Virus record (IMG/VR): IMGVR_UViG_3300047322_000607
Coordinates: 4,620-68,619 of that record
Length of the DNA stretch: 64,000 nucleotides
Source of the DNA: a virus
Reading direction: 5' to 3' (one strand)
Both the position numbers and the translations under genes were made by a program. The notes below the pieces were generated by a model. The model was not told the DNA's origin. It did not search any database and saw only the letters and a list, made by a program, of their open reading frames with translations. Shown in pieces: positions 45,353 through 57,047 of this stretch (position 1 is the stretch's first letter; each line of letters starts with the position of its first letter).

Positions 45353-47700
45353 ATGGAAACGACGACCACCGCGGAGACTCTGAAAATCGGCGACCGGTTC
45401 ACGATCGCCGGCTACGCGACCAAGAAGGTCGATAACGGGACCTTCGAAGTCTGCAACATCCTCGACCTCGACGAATCCCACAAGGCGAACCCGGAGCTCC
45501 TCTATCTGCGCGTCGTGCGCGGCGCGGTGACCACCGGCCGTAACTCGACTCAGATCCGCGGCGGGCGCCGGTCGTGGCTGGTGCGCCTCGAGGGCGAAGG
45601 CTTCCTCAAGGTGGTGCGCTAGTGGCCCCCGAGTTCGACACCGCGCAGCGCCGGACCTTCGACCAGCTCGCCGGCCTCGAGCGGCGCGCGGCGGTTCGCG
45701 CGGCGAAGCGGGCGGCGCAGGTCGGCGGGCCCGACCCGCTGGTGAAGCGCGGCGACTACGCGCTCGGCATGGCGCGCCGGCTCGGCTTCTTCGCCTGCAT
45801 CGGGCGCTCGCCGATCGCGATGGCCTTCGTCGGTCGCAAGATCCGCGAGAGCTACGCGCGCCGCGACGTCGCTCCGCTCCCCGCCGACCTGGAGACCCTC
45901 TAGCCCATGGAAAATCTCGCGACTCTTTTCGGTTGGATCGACCTCTTCAAGTCCACCTGTAGGGATAAAGGAATCTCGATCTGCTCTCCGTCGGCTGCCA
46001 TCGCCATCATGCGCCGCGTTGGCGTGCGCCTTCGGGTCGAGTCGTGATCGCCACCCCGCACGGCACGATCGAGATCCTCGGCTACGAGCGGAGCCGGGAC
46101 ACCGGGCGCTACGTGTGGCGCCTCGAGCGCTGGACCGGAAACGCCGACGGCCGGAAGGTCAACGAGCGGTCCATGTGCACCGGCAAGGGCGACGCCTCGC
46201 CGCGGCGCTCGACCTACCCGACCGGCTACGATTCGAAGTGCAGCGCCTGCTACCTCGGCGCCACGCACACCGAAGACCTGCACGCCGCGAAGGTGGCATC
46301 GTGACGCAAACGCCAAAACTGGACGATGACGTGCTGTACATCTGCGACAACGGCGCGTGCTACTGCGGCGCGCACTGCGGCTCTTCGGCCCGCTACACCG
46401 GTCGGGATCTCTCAGGGCAGAAGGTCGCCAAGGTGACCCCGGCCTATACCACCGAGGCGGCGCGGCTCGGTTTCAAGATCAAGTGCGAGATCCCCTCGTG
46501 CGGGAAGGTGGCATCGTGACGCAGCTGAATCTCGGGGTCGCGGTAGTCGCGAAGTGGGAGCGCCTGAGCTCGGCCGGTGACAAGTGCTCCGCGCACTGGC
46601 GCCACGTCTCGGGCTGGGAGGTGAAGCACTGCGGCCACCCGACGGCGAACTACCCGTATCACGGGGTCGACCTCGAGGGACGGATGATCGTCGCCACCAA
46701 CGGGCGCGGCTTCATCAACCTGCAGCAGGCGAAGGACGCGGTCGAGTCGGCTTCGGAGGGTCTCGCCGACGGCTGGCGCTACCCCGACGCCGCGACCTAC
46801 TGCGCGACCTGCGGCAAGCTGGCGAGCTGGACGAGCGCCGAGGACGGCAAGCCGCGGTGCGGCGTGCACAGCGACCAGGCGATCGCCAAGCGCGCGGCGA
46901 AGGCGGCGGCGCGGAAGGCGAGCGGCAAATGAAGCGCTTTCAAGCTCGGCGCTCGAGCGGCCGGTTCACTCGCAACACCACCGAGAACACCTTCGGCCTA
47001 TCGATGAACATCCACGGGCGCAAGGCGGACGGCTCATGGTGCGGCGCGCTCAACCCGTCGAAGCTCGGCGAGGAACGGCCGACAGTGTGCAACCGTTGCG
47101 GCGAGAAGATCACCCCGGAGACCGCCGAATGAATTGCGCGGCCTGCGGTCACTCGATCGATCTGCACGGGCGCCGCGGCGCTGGTGCCTGTCGCCACGGC
47201 TCGGCGTCGCCGCTGGCGGTCGCGGTCGAGGTGGTACGGCGGGCGGTCGCCGCCGGCCTGAGCAAAGAGGAGCGGACCGAGCTCGTCGACCGAGCCTTCA
47301 AAGAGGCGCCGGCGCCGTGCAAGTGCAAGCGCTTCCGCAAGACGGCAGCGCAGAAAGCGAGCGGACAGTGAGCGAAGACCTCGACCCCGACACCTGTAGC
47401 GCTCCGTTGATGCCGACGGTGACCGAGCTCCCAGGATCGACCCCAGAGCGGCGGATCTACCTGCTCGAGGGCGGCGACCTCGCCCCGGAGTGGGCGAAGA
47501 AAGTTCGCCCCACCGAGGAGGCTTGGTGTCGAATCGTGGTCTACGGAAACGCGATCGGGGTCTACGGCGGCGAAGTGTGGCCCGCGGCCTGGCCCGATCT
47601 CTTCACGGCTGACCCGTCGAACCCGCGCTATCACGGCGGCGCCGGGATGATCGTCACGCCGCTGGGAATGATCCTCCTCGCCGGCGCGCGGGTCGCCTGA
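45353..47700 (+). CDS. Cluster of nine small coupled genes (45353-45622, 45622-45903, 45907-46047, 46044-46304, 46301-46519, 46516-46932, 46929-47132, 47129-47371, 47368-47700)
   Basis: Near-continuous start/stop overlaps. Many contain CxxC. Confidence 0.6.
46289..46523 (+). repeat. 20-bp direct repeat at two gene junctions
   Basis: GAAGGTGGCATCGTGACGCA at 46289-46308 and 46504-46523. Confidence 0.8.
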
Positions 47701-48386
47701 TGTTGTGGATCTGCCCGAAGTGCACCTCCGGCAAGCTCGGACCGTCGCGGATGCGCGGCGACGACGTGCGAGCTTTCTGTTTCCCCTGCTCGACATCGAC
47801 CGGGCGGATGGTGAAGAGGATCTCCCCGGCGCGCGAGTCGGCGAAGACCACGAAGGAGGCACGCGCGAAGGTCGCCTCCGACAAGCGCGCCGTCGAGCGC
47901 CTCGCCGCTCGAGCCCGCGCACGCGACGCAGCGACTGAACGCGCGGCGGCGAAGCAGGCGATCCGCACCGCTCCGATCGTCGAGGTCGCGAAGCTCTCCG
48001 GCGACGTCGCATTCCGGGAAGCGATCGCGCGGTATTGCCTGCTCAAGGCGTGGGAGCAGCCGATCAAGATCCGCGAGTTGGTGATCCGCTACGGTGATCG
48101 ACCGTGGACCACGGGGCGCGCGTGGCCCCGGCATGGGCGGATCGCGATCACTTGCGGGAGCAACCTCGCCGACAACCACGCAACCGCGATCCATGAGATC
48201 GCGCACCTCGCGGCGGGCGAGGATCACGGACACGATCACCGCTTCAACGGCTTCCTGCTTCTCGCGGTCAAGGAGCTGACCGGGATCGAGGTCCGGCCCG
48301 CGGCCTGGGACAAGTCGAGCGTTCAAGCAGCGGTGCAGGTTGCCGTCGCGCGCTACCTCTTCGGAGAGAAATCGGAGGTTGCCTAA
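47700..48386 (+). CDS. SprT-like zinc metalloprotease with an N-terminal Zn ribbon
   Basis: CPKC..CFPC, TGRAW, IHEIAH..HGHDHRF. Confidence 0.7.
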   Translation: MLWICPKCTSGKLGPSRMRGDDVRAFCFPCSTSTGRMVKRISPARESAKTTKEARAKVASDKRAVERLAARARARDAATERAAAKQAIRTAPIVEVAKLSGDVAFREAIARYCLLKAWEQPIKIRELVIRYGDRPWTTGRAWPRHGRIAITCGSNLADNHATAIHEIAHLAAGEDHGHDHRFNGFLLLAVKELTGIEVRPAAWDKSSVQAAVQVAVARYLFGEKSEVA

Positions 48387-48387
48387 G

Positions 48388-49291
48388 ATGGCCATCACCG
48401 AGCAGCAGCAAACGACCCTCCTCGCGCGGCTCGCCGACCTGCAGCTGCGGCTACAAAACGACCTGGTGAACGCCCCGGATCGGGCGCTCCGCGGGCGCTA
48501 CCTGCTCGAGCTCCGCGACGTCGAGGTGTGCATTGACGCGGCGATGGAGCTCGAGACGATCCCGGACACGGCGATCACCGCGGCGGTCGGTCCCCAGGCG
48601 GCGATCCACGTCGACGCGGTCGCGGTCGACCGCAACCGCGCCGACCCAGCCGGCGCGCGCGGCTGGAAGCTCGAGCTCGCCGGCGGGATCGTAGCTCTCC
48701 GATGCGTCCCGGCGGCCGGCGGGACGTGGCGCGTCGAGCAGAAGGAGCGCGGCGCCCCGCACTGGCGCGACGTCGGCGCGGCCGCTTCGCCGATCGACGG
48801 GATCCGCAAGCTCATGCGCGGCGGGATGCTCGCCGGCCTCTTCAACATCGTTTTCCATCCCAGGAGGATCGGATGAAGTTCAACGCACGGCTGACGGAAG
48901 AAGACATCCGCGACGCGATCGGGTGCTACGTGATGAAGAAGCACGCCGGCGTGATCGTCTCGTCCGTGACCTTGCATGTCGACCAGGCCGATCGCCCGGG
49001 TAGCGGGTCGGTGGTCACGGCCTCGGCGGACTACGAGCTCCACGCCGCGGCCCAGGGTAGCGATTCGTGATCGAAGCGACGGCGAAATTCACGATCGAGA
49101 TCCCCGTGCGCGAGGTAAGGCGAGAGGGGATCGCCATTGGCACCGTGCGCGACCAGGGCGCGACGGTGCGCGTCGAGGTCTCCGTCTCGCCGCTCGCCGG
49201 AGCGGCCGGGATCGGAAAGGCGAAGGAGTTCTACGAGCTGTGCGAGAACTGGATCAGGGCGAACATTGATCACGACGATGGGGGAGGCTGA
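48388..49291 (+). CDS. Three hypothetical genes (48388-48876, 48873-49070, 49067-49291)
   Basis: RBS and translational coupling. Confidence 0.55.
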
Positions 49292-49303
49292 AGCGCAAAC
49301 AAA

Positions 49304-49337
49304 TTACTTGCGCTCTGGCACCACGTAAGCGTATCTG
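49304..49337 (+). promoter_or_regulatory. Conserved phage promoter box, copy 6
   Basis: TTACTTGCGC-TCTG-GCACC-N8-GTATCTG, preceded by the inverted half-site GCGCAA. Confidence 0.65.
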
Positions 49338-49361
49338 TCAAACACCCAGGAGGAGGCGGAG

Positions 49362-51695
49362 ATGACCTATAGCAGCTATTGGGACTTGTCGGAGAGGGAG
49401 CGCGCCGCACTGAACCATGACCAGGTCGAGGGCTTCATTGACGCCGAGTTGATGCGGCTCGGCGTGCTGAAGGTCGAGCCGCTGAAGCTCGAGGATCCGA
49501 TCCCGGTCGCCTCGCCGGTCGGGTCGTTCTTCGGTTTCAAGCATGGGGTCTCGTCGCTCGACGTGCTCTTCAACAGCGCGGACGATGCGCAGCGGTTTCT
49601 CGAGCTCAAGCCGTTGATCATCGGGCGCGACTGGGCGCGGTCGTTCTCCGCGGAGTTCGTCGAGGAGGTGAAGGAGCCGGAGATCTGCATGCGCCAGCTC
49701 TACAGCCGCGCCGAGCGGGATACGCTCCGGGTCACCCTCGATCGCAACATGGCGATCAAAGAGGAGAACGAGAAGCGCACGCGCGAGCACCGGGTGGCGC
49801 TCGACGCGCAGGATCAGGCGCTCGCCGGCATGTGGGCCGACTGGTATCTCTGCAGTACGAAGGCGCGGGAGATGAAGCGGATCCTCGACACCCTCGCCGA
49901 GTACAACAAGATCACCAGCGATCCGGAGGTCGCGAAGACTTTCCTCGGGAAGGTCTTCACCGCCGACAAGATCGCCGAGGCGATGACCTGGACGGACGGA
50001 GCCTAGCCGGTGAAGATCCTATCCGTCCGTGGGGTCTACGCGCTCGAGGCAACGCAGGCCCGGGAGGACATCGCGCCCGTGGCGAAGGCCGGCGCCTTTC
50101 GCTTCCACGCCACCGACCGTTGCCCGACCGACTGCCCCGGGTGCGCGGCGCGGGTCCCGGCCGGCTGGTGGTGGTGCGACAACGAGGAGGACGTCGCGCG
50201 CGCCGCGCACGCCGCGGAACGCCTCGGCGAGGTGCTCGAGATCGGCGACGACCAGCTGCGCGCCAAGGTCGACGAGCTCGTCGCGGCGCGCAAGGCGCAA
50301 CCCGAGGAGCTCGAGCGGGTGATCGAGATGAAGGTGCGGGTCAAGCTCGCCCGGGGGTGCGGCGACACCACCGCGCAGGTCGGCGCGACCGTGGCGAAGC
50401 AGCTTCAAAAGGCCTTTCCCGCTTCGCTGAAGAAGACGCTCGAATACGAGAGCCTCGCCGTGCTCGAGCACCGGGAGGTGAAGCTCCCCGAAGAGTGGGT
50501 CTCGATCCGCGGCCTCTTCGGCGCCGACCGAATCCCGGCCGACGTCGCGAAGATCCTCCGGCGAGCGATGGCGAAGGCGGTCAAGAACGGCGCCACCAAG
50601 GGATGGCAGACTCTCGAGCCGATCGCCGCCGACTACCTCGCCGGCCCCGGCGACTCTTCGGACGACGGCGAAGAGGCGCCTTCGCTCCCCGGCCTGGGGC
50701 GCCCGTGAGCGAGCCGACAAAGGCGCAACTTTGCGCCTCGAGCACCCGGCGCCCGTGCGGTCGGTGCGTCTTCTGCCTCGCCTGGGACGAGCGGGAAGAG
50801 GAGAACGAGCGGGAGACCAGGCGCCACCGACACGGCGGCGGGACGTTGGAAGCGATCGGGATCCCGCGCAACTGGGAGAACATGACCAGCGGCGAGATCC
50901 GCGAGCACATGGATCGGCTCGAGCGGATCGTGCGCGAAGGCGGCGACAAAGGCTAATGCGATGCCAGCGCATCCCGGGGCTAGGTTTCGTCTGCGGCGCT
51001 CCGAGGCCGGCGCGGTGCAGCGTCCCGGGATGCACGAAGGAGCACGTCGCGTTGTGCGACTGGAAGCTGAAGGCGCCGGCGCGCCGCAAGACCTGCAGCG
51101 CGAAGTTGTGCGCGGACCACACCACCAAGCCAGCGCCCGACAAAGATCTGTGTCCGGCGCACGTCGAGGCCTGGAAGAGATGGAAGGCGGAGCACCCGAA
51201 GGAGGGATCCCCATGAGCACCCGGAATGGATTCTTGCGAGCGGCGGAGATGCTCGAGAAGCTCGCCGAGGTCGGCGAGCCGCTCAACAAGCAGGGGGCGG
51301 TCGGTCTCCGGCTCGGCGCGGCGACGATCCGGATGGAAGTCGACGCGATGGACGCGCGGCCGCCGACCGACCAGAGCGACGAAGAGCTGCTCGAGCTGAT
51401 CGTGAGCCGGACACACGTTCTCACGGTGAAGGATCACCACGGCGGCACCGGCGGGATCCACATCCGGGACAACGGCGCGCAGGGCAACCACCGCTATTGG
51501 AAGGTCGAGGGCGGCGGCCGCGGCTACCTCGCCGCCGATGGTCGCGGATGGGTTTTGCCGATCAGCCTGGGATCCTTCGGGACGAAGAAGACCGAAGACT
51601 TCGAAGAGGTCGAGGCCTTGATCCGACCCGACTACACCTTCGCGTCGCCGATCGAGGCGGTGCGGGCGCTCGTCGCGGCCGGTGAGTGGGAATGA
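49362..51695 (+). CDS. Five hypothetical genes (49362-50006, 50010-50708, 50705-50956, 50956-51216, 51213-51695)
   Basis: AGGAGG RBS and coupling. 50956-51216 is a Cys-rich LCDW..TCS.KLC.H..DLCP.H protein. Confidence 0.6.
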
Positions 51696-52132
51696 GCTAC
51701 GCCGAGAATACGAAGGTCCCGGTCGAGCGGTCGAAGGCGGAGATCGAGAAGCTGCTCGATCGGTACGGCGCGACCGGCTTCGGCTATGCGGTCGAGGAGA
51801 AGCGCGCCGCGGTCACCTTCAAGACCGCCGACCGCCTGGTGCGCTTCAACCTCCCCCTGCCCAATCGCCCCGAGAGCGGCGCGCGCGCGAAGCTGGTCAC
51901 CGAGTACGAGCAGCAGACCCGGGCGAAGTGGCGCGCGCTGGTGCTGGTGATCAAGGCGAAGCTCGAGGGTATCGAGAGCGGGATCACCACCTTTGACGAG
52001 GCCTTCCTCGCCCACATCGTGATCACCAACGGCGAGACCGTCGGCGACTGGGCGCGCGCCGAGCTCGATCAGATCTACAGCGGCAAGCAGGCGCCGCGGC
52101 TCATGCCGCCCGGTGGGAGCACGGTCCGATGA
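51692..52132 (+). CDS. Conserved phage protein
   Basis: YAENTKVPVERSKAEIE..WRALVLVIKAKLE..GITTFDEAFLAHIV. Confidence 0.75.
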   Translation: MSYAENTKVPVERSKAEIEKLLDRYGATGFGYAVEEKRAAVTFKTADRLVRFNLPLPNRPESGARAKLVTEYEQQTRAKWRALVLVIKAKLEGIESGITTFDEAFLAHIVITNGETVGDWARAELDQIYSGKQAPRLMPPGGSTVR

Positions 52133-53022
52133 AGAAGACCGCCACCCCGATCCGCGACGAAGACGAACCGCGCGAGCCCACCATGAAGAGCTCGCCGATC
52201 ATCTTCTCCGCCGAGATGGTCGACGCGATCCTCGAGGGTCGGAAGACGGTCACCCGGCGGATCGTGCTCGACATACCGAAGGACGCGACGAACGTCCGGG
52301 TCGTTGCCGACGTGCTGAAGTGGGGCGGCTACGGCAAGGGCGAGGCCTGGGGTCGCATCCCCTCGCCCTATGGTGATGTCGGGTGCGAGCTGTGGGTGCG
52401 GGAGAACTTTTGGCACTGGGGGCGATGGGGCTGGATCGAAGGGACCACGAAGACCGGCCGGCTCCGGGAGCGCTTCTTCGAAGAGGGTCGGAAGATCGCC
52501 TTCGGGCAGGAGGAGCCGGAGGGCGGCCGCGCGCAGGTCCGGCACCTGGTCGGCTGGCATCGGCGGCCGGCGATCTACCTCCCCAAGTGGGCGCCGCGGA
52601 TCCGGCTCGAGGTGGTCTCGCTGCGGGTCGAGCGCCTGCAGGCGATCACCGAAGAGGACGCGCGCGCCGAGGGCGTGCTTCGGGAATGCGACCCGAACGA
52701 TCCGGATCTCCAGTTCGAAGGCAACGGCGGCGAGGACGTCGGCGGCGGACACGGCTACACGATGCCCCGCTCCTTCGTCTGCGGCTTCGCCAATCTGTGG
52801 GAGCGGATCAACGGCGATCGCGCCGGATGGGACACCGACCCGTGGGTATGGCGGATCGGCTTCAAGCTGAAGCGGTCGCTCGATCAGGCCTTCGCTCGAG
52901 CGCAAGATGATCACGAGGAGGCGGGCGCCGCTGGCGACGCCGATCTGCCGACCGGGACGCTATTCGATGCGGCAACGGTGATGCGATACGAACGGATCGA
53001 TCCGGAAACGCCGGAAGAATAG
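52129..53022 (+). CDS. ASCH/PUA-like phage protein
   Basis: PIIFSAEMVDAILEGRKTVTRR..LWVRE..VERLQAITEEDARAEG..DPWVWRIGF. Confidence 0.75.
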   Translation: MKKTATPIRDEDEPREPTMKSSPIIFSAEMVDAILEGRKTVTRRIVLDIPKDATNVRVVADVLKWGGYGKGEAWGRIPSPYGDVGCELWVRENFWHWGRWGWIEGTTKTGRLRERFFEEGRKIAFGQEEPEGGRAQVRHLVGWHRRPAIYLPKWAPRIRLEVVSLRVERLQAITEEDARAEGVLRECDPNDPDLQFEGNGGEDVGGGHGYTMPRSFVCGFANLWERINGDRAGWDTDPWVWRIGFKLKRSLDQAFARAQDDHEEAGAAGDADLPTGTLFDAATVMRYERIDPETPEE

Positions 53023-53029
53023 GAGCCCT

Positions 53030-54212
53030 ATGTACCCCGAGACCATCGAGACCGCGAAGGCCAAGATCGACACCCTGAACGTCGAGCTCGCCGAGGCGCG
53101 CGCCGAGCTCGCCTTTCTGAAGGACGCCCCCGCTCCGACTCCGCCACGGCCTCCCCTGCGGATGCCGCTCTTCTTCTTCTTCTTCTCGGGCCTGCTGGTG
53201 GCGATCCTCGGTCACCAGTACGCCCCCGGGTGGCTGTGCTCCTGCGAGCCGGTGCCGGTGGAATCCGAGCAGACCATGAAGCTCCGGCACACGGTCGCCG
53301 ATTGCGTGCTGACCTGCGCGCTCGACCAGCTCGAGCAGGAGGTGAAGGACGCGGCGGCGCCGACCATGGAATGGCACATGGAGCCGACCCCGAAGACCGC
53401 GCCACCGTTGCCAGCGCCAGCGGATGGTCTGGTCTCAGGAAATACGATCGCGTGGTCGCCGACGCCGAGCCACATCCCCCCGCCGGCCTGGTGGGCGACC
53501 GGCGAGCCGACCGCCCGGGACGTCGAAGAGCACGCGGGAGTGGGAGACTACTTCCCGGGGGTCTCCCGTAATTGCTCCTACCAGGGCGAGACCTGCACGA
53601 AGAACGATCTCTATTGGAACAAGCAGAGCATGGAGTTCTATCACTTCGTGTGCACCGGGAAGGGGCCGCAGTTCTATTTCAAGTGTCCCCAGGATGATCC
53701 CCAGTGAGCGGCGACCTCGAGCGGGTCGAGCGGCTACAGGCGCTGGGACGGGTGCGCGCGAAGGCCGACACCGTCGCGATCGCCGCGGCTGAGATCGCGC
53801 ACGGCTGGGATCACCGGCTGACCCCTTCGCAGAAGCAGGCGCTCGCCGAGATCATCGCCGACGCCGCGCAGCAGGAGAGCGACGCGCGCCGGGAGGTTGA
53901 GGCGCTGATGACCCCACAACCCGGAGGGCTGCAGGGATGACCAACGAGCAACGCGCCGCCGAGCTCCGGCTGAAGGTGATCGCGCGCGCCGATGACGCCG
54001 AGCGGGTGCTGAAGGGGGCGCTCGACGCCGCCGAGGTCCGCGGGGCGACCGAAGTGCTCCGGGTGGTCGAGGAGCACGCCTATTCCGGCGAGACCTGCAA
54101 CGAGCTCGGATGCGACTGGACCAAGATCGACGCCGGCGAAGGCGGCGGCGCGGCCGAGATTGATGCAGCCTGGCGCGCCCATGTGATCAAGCTGGCGCTG
54201 GGGGCTTCATGA
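53030..54212 (+). CDS. Three hypothetical genes (53030-53707 with a TM segment, 53704-53940, 53937-54212)
   Basis: RBS and translational coupling. Confidence 0.55.
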
Positions 54213-54616
54213 ACTGCGAGAAGTGCAATCGCCCGAAGGCGACCGAAGGCGTGGTCGAGCCCATGGCCATTTTGTCGAAGTGCTCTCTCGTGCTCTGCTG
54301 GCGCGAGCTCCGGCCTCAGTCGGCGGTCTTCCGGGATGACTGCGAACGCGCGGCCGATCCTCTACGCGGTCTCTCCGTCGAATCGGCGGTCGACCCCGAA
54401 GACGACAAGACCGAAAAGGTAGATCATCCTCCCCACTACACCGGCCATCCGTCCGGCGTCGAGTGCATCACCATCGTTGAGCATTTCGGGTTCAACCTCG
54501 GCAACGCGATCAAATACATCTGGCGGGCGGCGCTAAAGGGGGACCTCGTCGAGGATCTCAAAAAGGCCCGTTGGTACATCGACCGGGAGATCGGTCGCCT
54601 AGAGGCCGGCAAGTGA
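54209..54616 (+). CDS. DUF3310 (SaV-like) protein
   Basis: VDHPPHYT..ECI..FNLGNAIKYIWRA..K..EDLKKARWY. Confidence 0.85.
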   Translation: MNCEKCNRPKATEGVVEPMAILSKCSLVLCWRELRPQSAVFRDDCERAADPLRGLSVESAVDPEDDKTEKVDHPPHYTGHPSGVECITIVEHFGFNLGNAIKYIWRAALKGDLVEDLKKARWYIDREIGRLEAGK

Positions 54617-56375
54617 TCGCCGGGAAGATCTGCCGGGACTATGGCGACGTTCCGGGATGCCTCGGCGATCCCGACGAGCGCTTTACGATGCGCTTCGACA
54701 CCATCGGGCAACCGCCGATCTACTGGTGCGCGCACTGCGGACCGGAGGCCAAGAAGATCGATGAAGCGCTGAAGCGCCTACTCGAGTCGGGCGCCCCGGA
54801 GGACGTGAAGGCCTTCGAAAGCGCCGTCGACGAAGCGACCGAGAAGATGCGGAGGGAAGCGCATTGACCACCCGGATCGCCATGGCGAAGAAGCTCCATC
54901 ACCTTTGGTTCCCGGGATGGCACACCACCGAGGAGCGGCGCCGCGGCGCGACCTGCTCACGGTGCGGCCTGAAGGCGTGGCAGGTCGAGCGGGAGGGGAA
55001 GCTCGTTGTCCCCGGCGTCCCGGAGCTCGAGCCGCGCCGCATGCGCGTGCTGATAATCGAGACCCAATGGGGCGACGGCATGCGGGTCCCGTCGTTCCTG
55101 TTGCCGAACTGCACCGGCGAGGTCGGCTAAATGTGCACGCTCGATCCGAACCTACCCGACACCGGCGCCGGGATCTGCTGCATCGGCGCTGCGGTCTATG
55201 GCCCCGGCGGCTGCACTTGCTGGGAGCCGGTCTTTGATCAACCGCAGTCGCAGGAGCTGCAGGAGGGGCCACCGCTGCAGCGGACGAAAATGTGCTCCGA
55301 TTGCGCCTTCCGGCCTGGAAGCCCCGAGCGTTCCGGCGATCAGCGCTTCGACCTGAGCGGGCCAGGGGAGATCGAGGATCTGGTCTACTCCGGGGCGTCA
55401 TTTGCCTGCCACGTCGGCATGCGCCAGACGGTGCGCCTCGAGCACCCGACCGGCGCGGTAGTCGAAAGCGGCCCCGGAGGCTACTCCCCAGCGAAGACCG
55501 CCACCCGTTCATGGAAGGCGGACGGTAGTCCGGCGGAGCTCTGCGCAGGCCTCGCGCAAGCCCGCGCGAAGTTGGGTCTCCGATGAAGCGCCGCAAACGC
55601 GCCGACCGAGCCGCGCGCATCTTCAAGGCCTTCGGCTTCTCCGAGGTCAAGCGCCCGGCGGCTCGAGCGCCGGCACCACCAGCTGAGCAGGTCTCGGAGC
55701 TCGAGCCGCTCCGGGACGTGATGACCTCGGCGTGTCTCACGACCCCCCGCGGCCGGCTGGTGGTGGTCTCGGTTCTCTCCCCCTGTGGCCATTCGATTTG
55801 GCGCTATGTGCAGAAGGAGCCGACCCGGCCGGCGAAGCAACGGCGGTGCGTCGCTTGCTGGCTCGACGTGGTCACGCGCCGACCCGGGCGAGCGTGGGGA
55901 CTATGAAGCCGCGCACCGCGCTTGAACGCGCCGCGGCCCGCTGGGGCTGGGCGAGCGTTTGGTCGAAGCTCGGCGAGTCCCGGGTGCTCTTCGGCCCGAT
56001 GTTCGACCCGGCATGATCTGCAACCGCTGCAAGAGGGAAGAGGCGACCGCGCATGCGGAATGCCCGCTCGGCTGCGGATGGCGGCGCGACCTGTGCGAAA
56101 ACTGTGAAGAGGTCGGGATCCCGGGGCGCTTCATCGCACGCGCCACCGTCAAGGCGCTGGGCGGTCACATGAATGTCCACAGCGCGAAGAGGATCCGCCG
56201 ACCGAGACCTCGGTTCTTCATGCGGATCATCGCCGAGGAGCTCCCGGCCTGGTCGGCGCTCGGATGGAAGGACGACGGCACCGGACACCATAGCCCGTCG
56301 GTCGGTCCGGTGCTGCTGCTCGAGTGGCGCGGCCGCGGCGCGCCGAAGACCCCCACCACCACGGAGATCCGATGA
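54613..56375 (+). CDS. Six small genes (54613-54867, 54864-55130, 55131-55586, 55583-55906, 55903-56016, 56013-56375)
   Basis: Translationally coupled. Most are Cys-rich. Confidence 0.55.
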
Positions 56376-57013
56376 TGTCGAGAGCTCGAGACGACGCCGA
56401 CGAAGAGACGGCGCCGGCGGCGAAGAAGCCGCGCAAGGGCCGCAACAAGGCGCGCCGCGAATTCGTCGAGGAGCTCTCGACCGGCCTCCGGCGATGGATC
56501 GCCGCCGATGTCCGGCGCTGGGCAGACGAAAGCGCGGCGGCCGCGGCCGCTGGTGAACGGGTCCCGGCTGGTCGCGACTCGGAAGGCGACAAGTTTCGGA
56601 GCACTGGCCTCTCCGGCGCCTACTACCGCGTTTGGCTCTACAGCGGGAACGAGCTCGGGAGAACCTTCGGCCCGGCCGGCGAGGGCTGCATGAAGGTTCG
56701 CACCCACGGCGGCGGCGGGCCCGCCCGGGAGACCCTCGAGGAGGACGACCGGCTATCCAAGCTCTACGCCCGGGTGGTCGCCTCTCTCTCCCAGGTCGAT
56801 CAGGTGATCCTCGCCTACTGGTCGCTGGCGACCCGCAAGGTCCGCACCGAGTGGTGCGCCTGGGTCGCGGAGAAGCTCGGCGAGCACGACCTATCGGACG
56901 TCAATCACAACGCCAACGGCGGACCGTGGACCGGGCCGGCGGTCGCGATGCGAATCAGCCGGATCAACGAGCGGATCGCGCTACTGATCCTCGACGCTCA
57001 AAAGGACATATAG
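56372..57013 (+). CDS. Putative transcription regulator (sigma region 4 or Q-like C-terminus)
   Basis: VASLSQVDQVIL..WVAEKLG..AVAMRISRINERI HTH-like pattern. Confidence 0.45.
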   Translation: MMSRARDDADEETAPAAKKPRKGRNKARREFVEELSTGLRRWIAADVRRWADESAAAAAAGERVPAGRDSEGDKFRSTGLSGAYYRVWLYSGNELGRTFGPAGEGCMKVRTHGGGGPARETLEEDDRLSKLYARVVASLSQVDQVILAYWSLATRKVRTEWCAWVAEKLGEHDLSDVNHNANGGPWTGPAVAMRISRINERIALLILDAQKDI

Positions 57014-57047
57014 CGTCAATGGAAGTTGATTCTCAGGGAGGGCGAAC

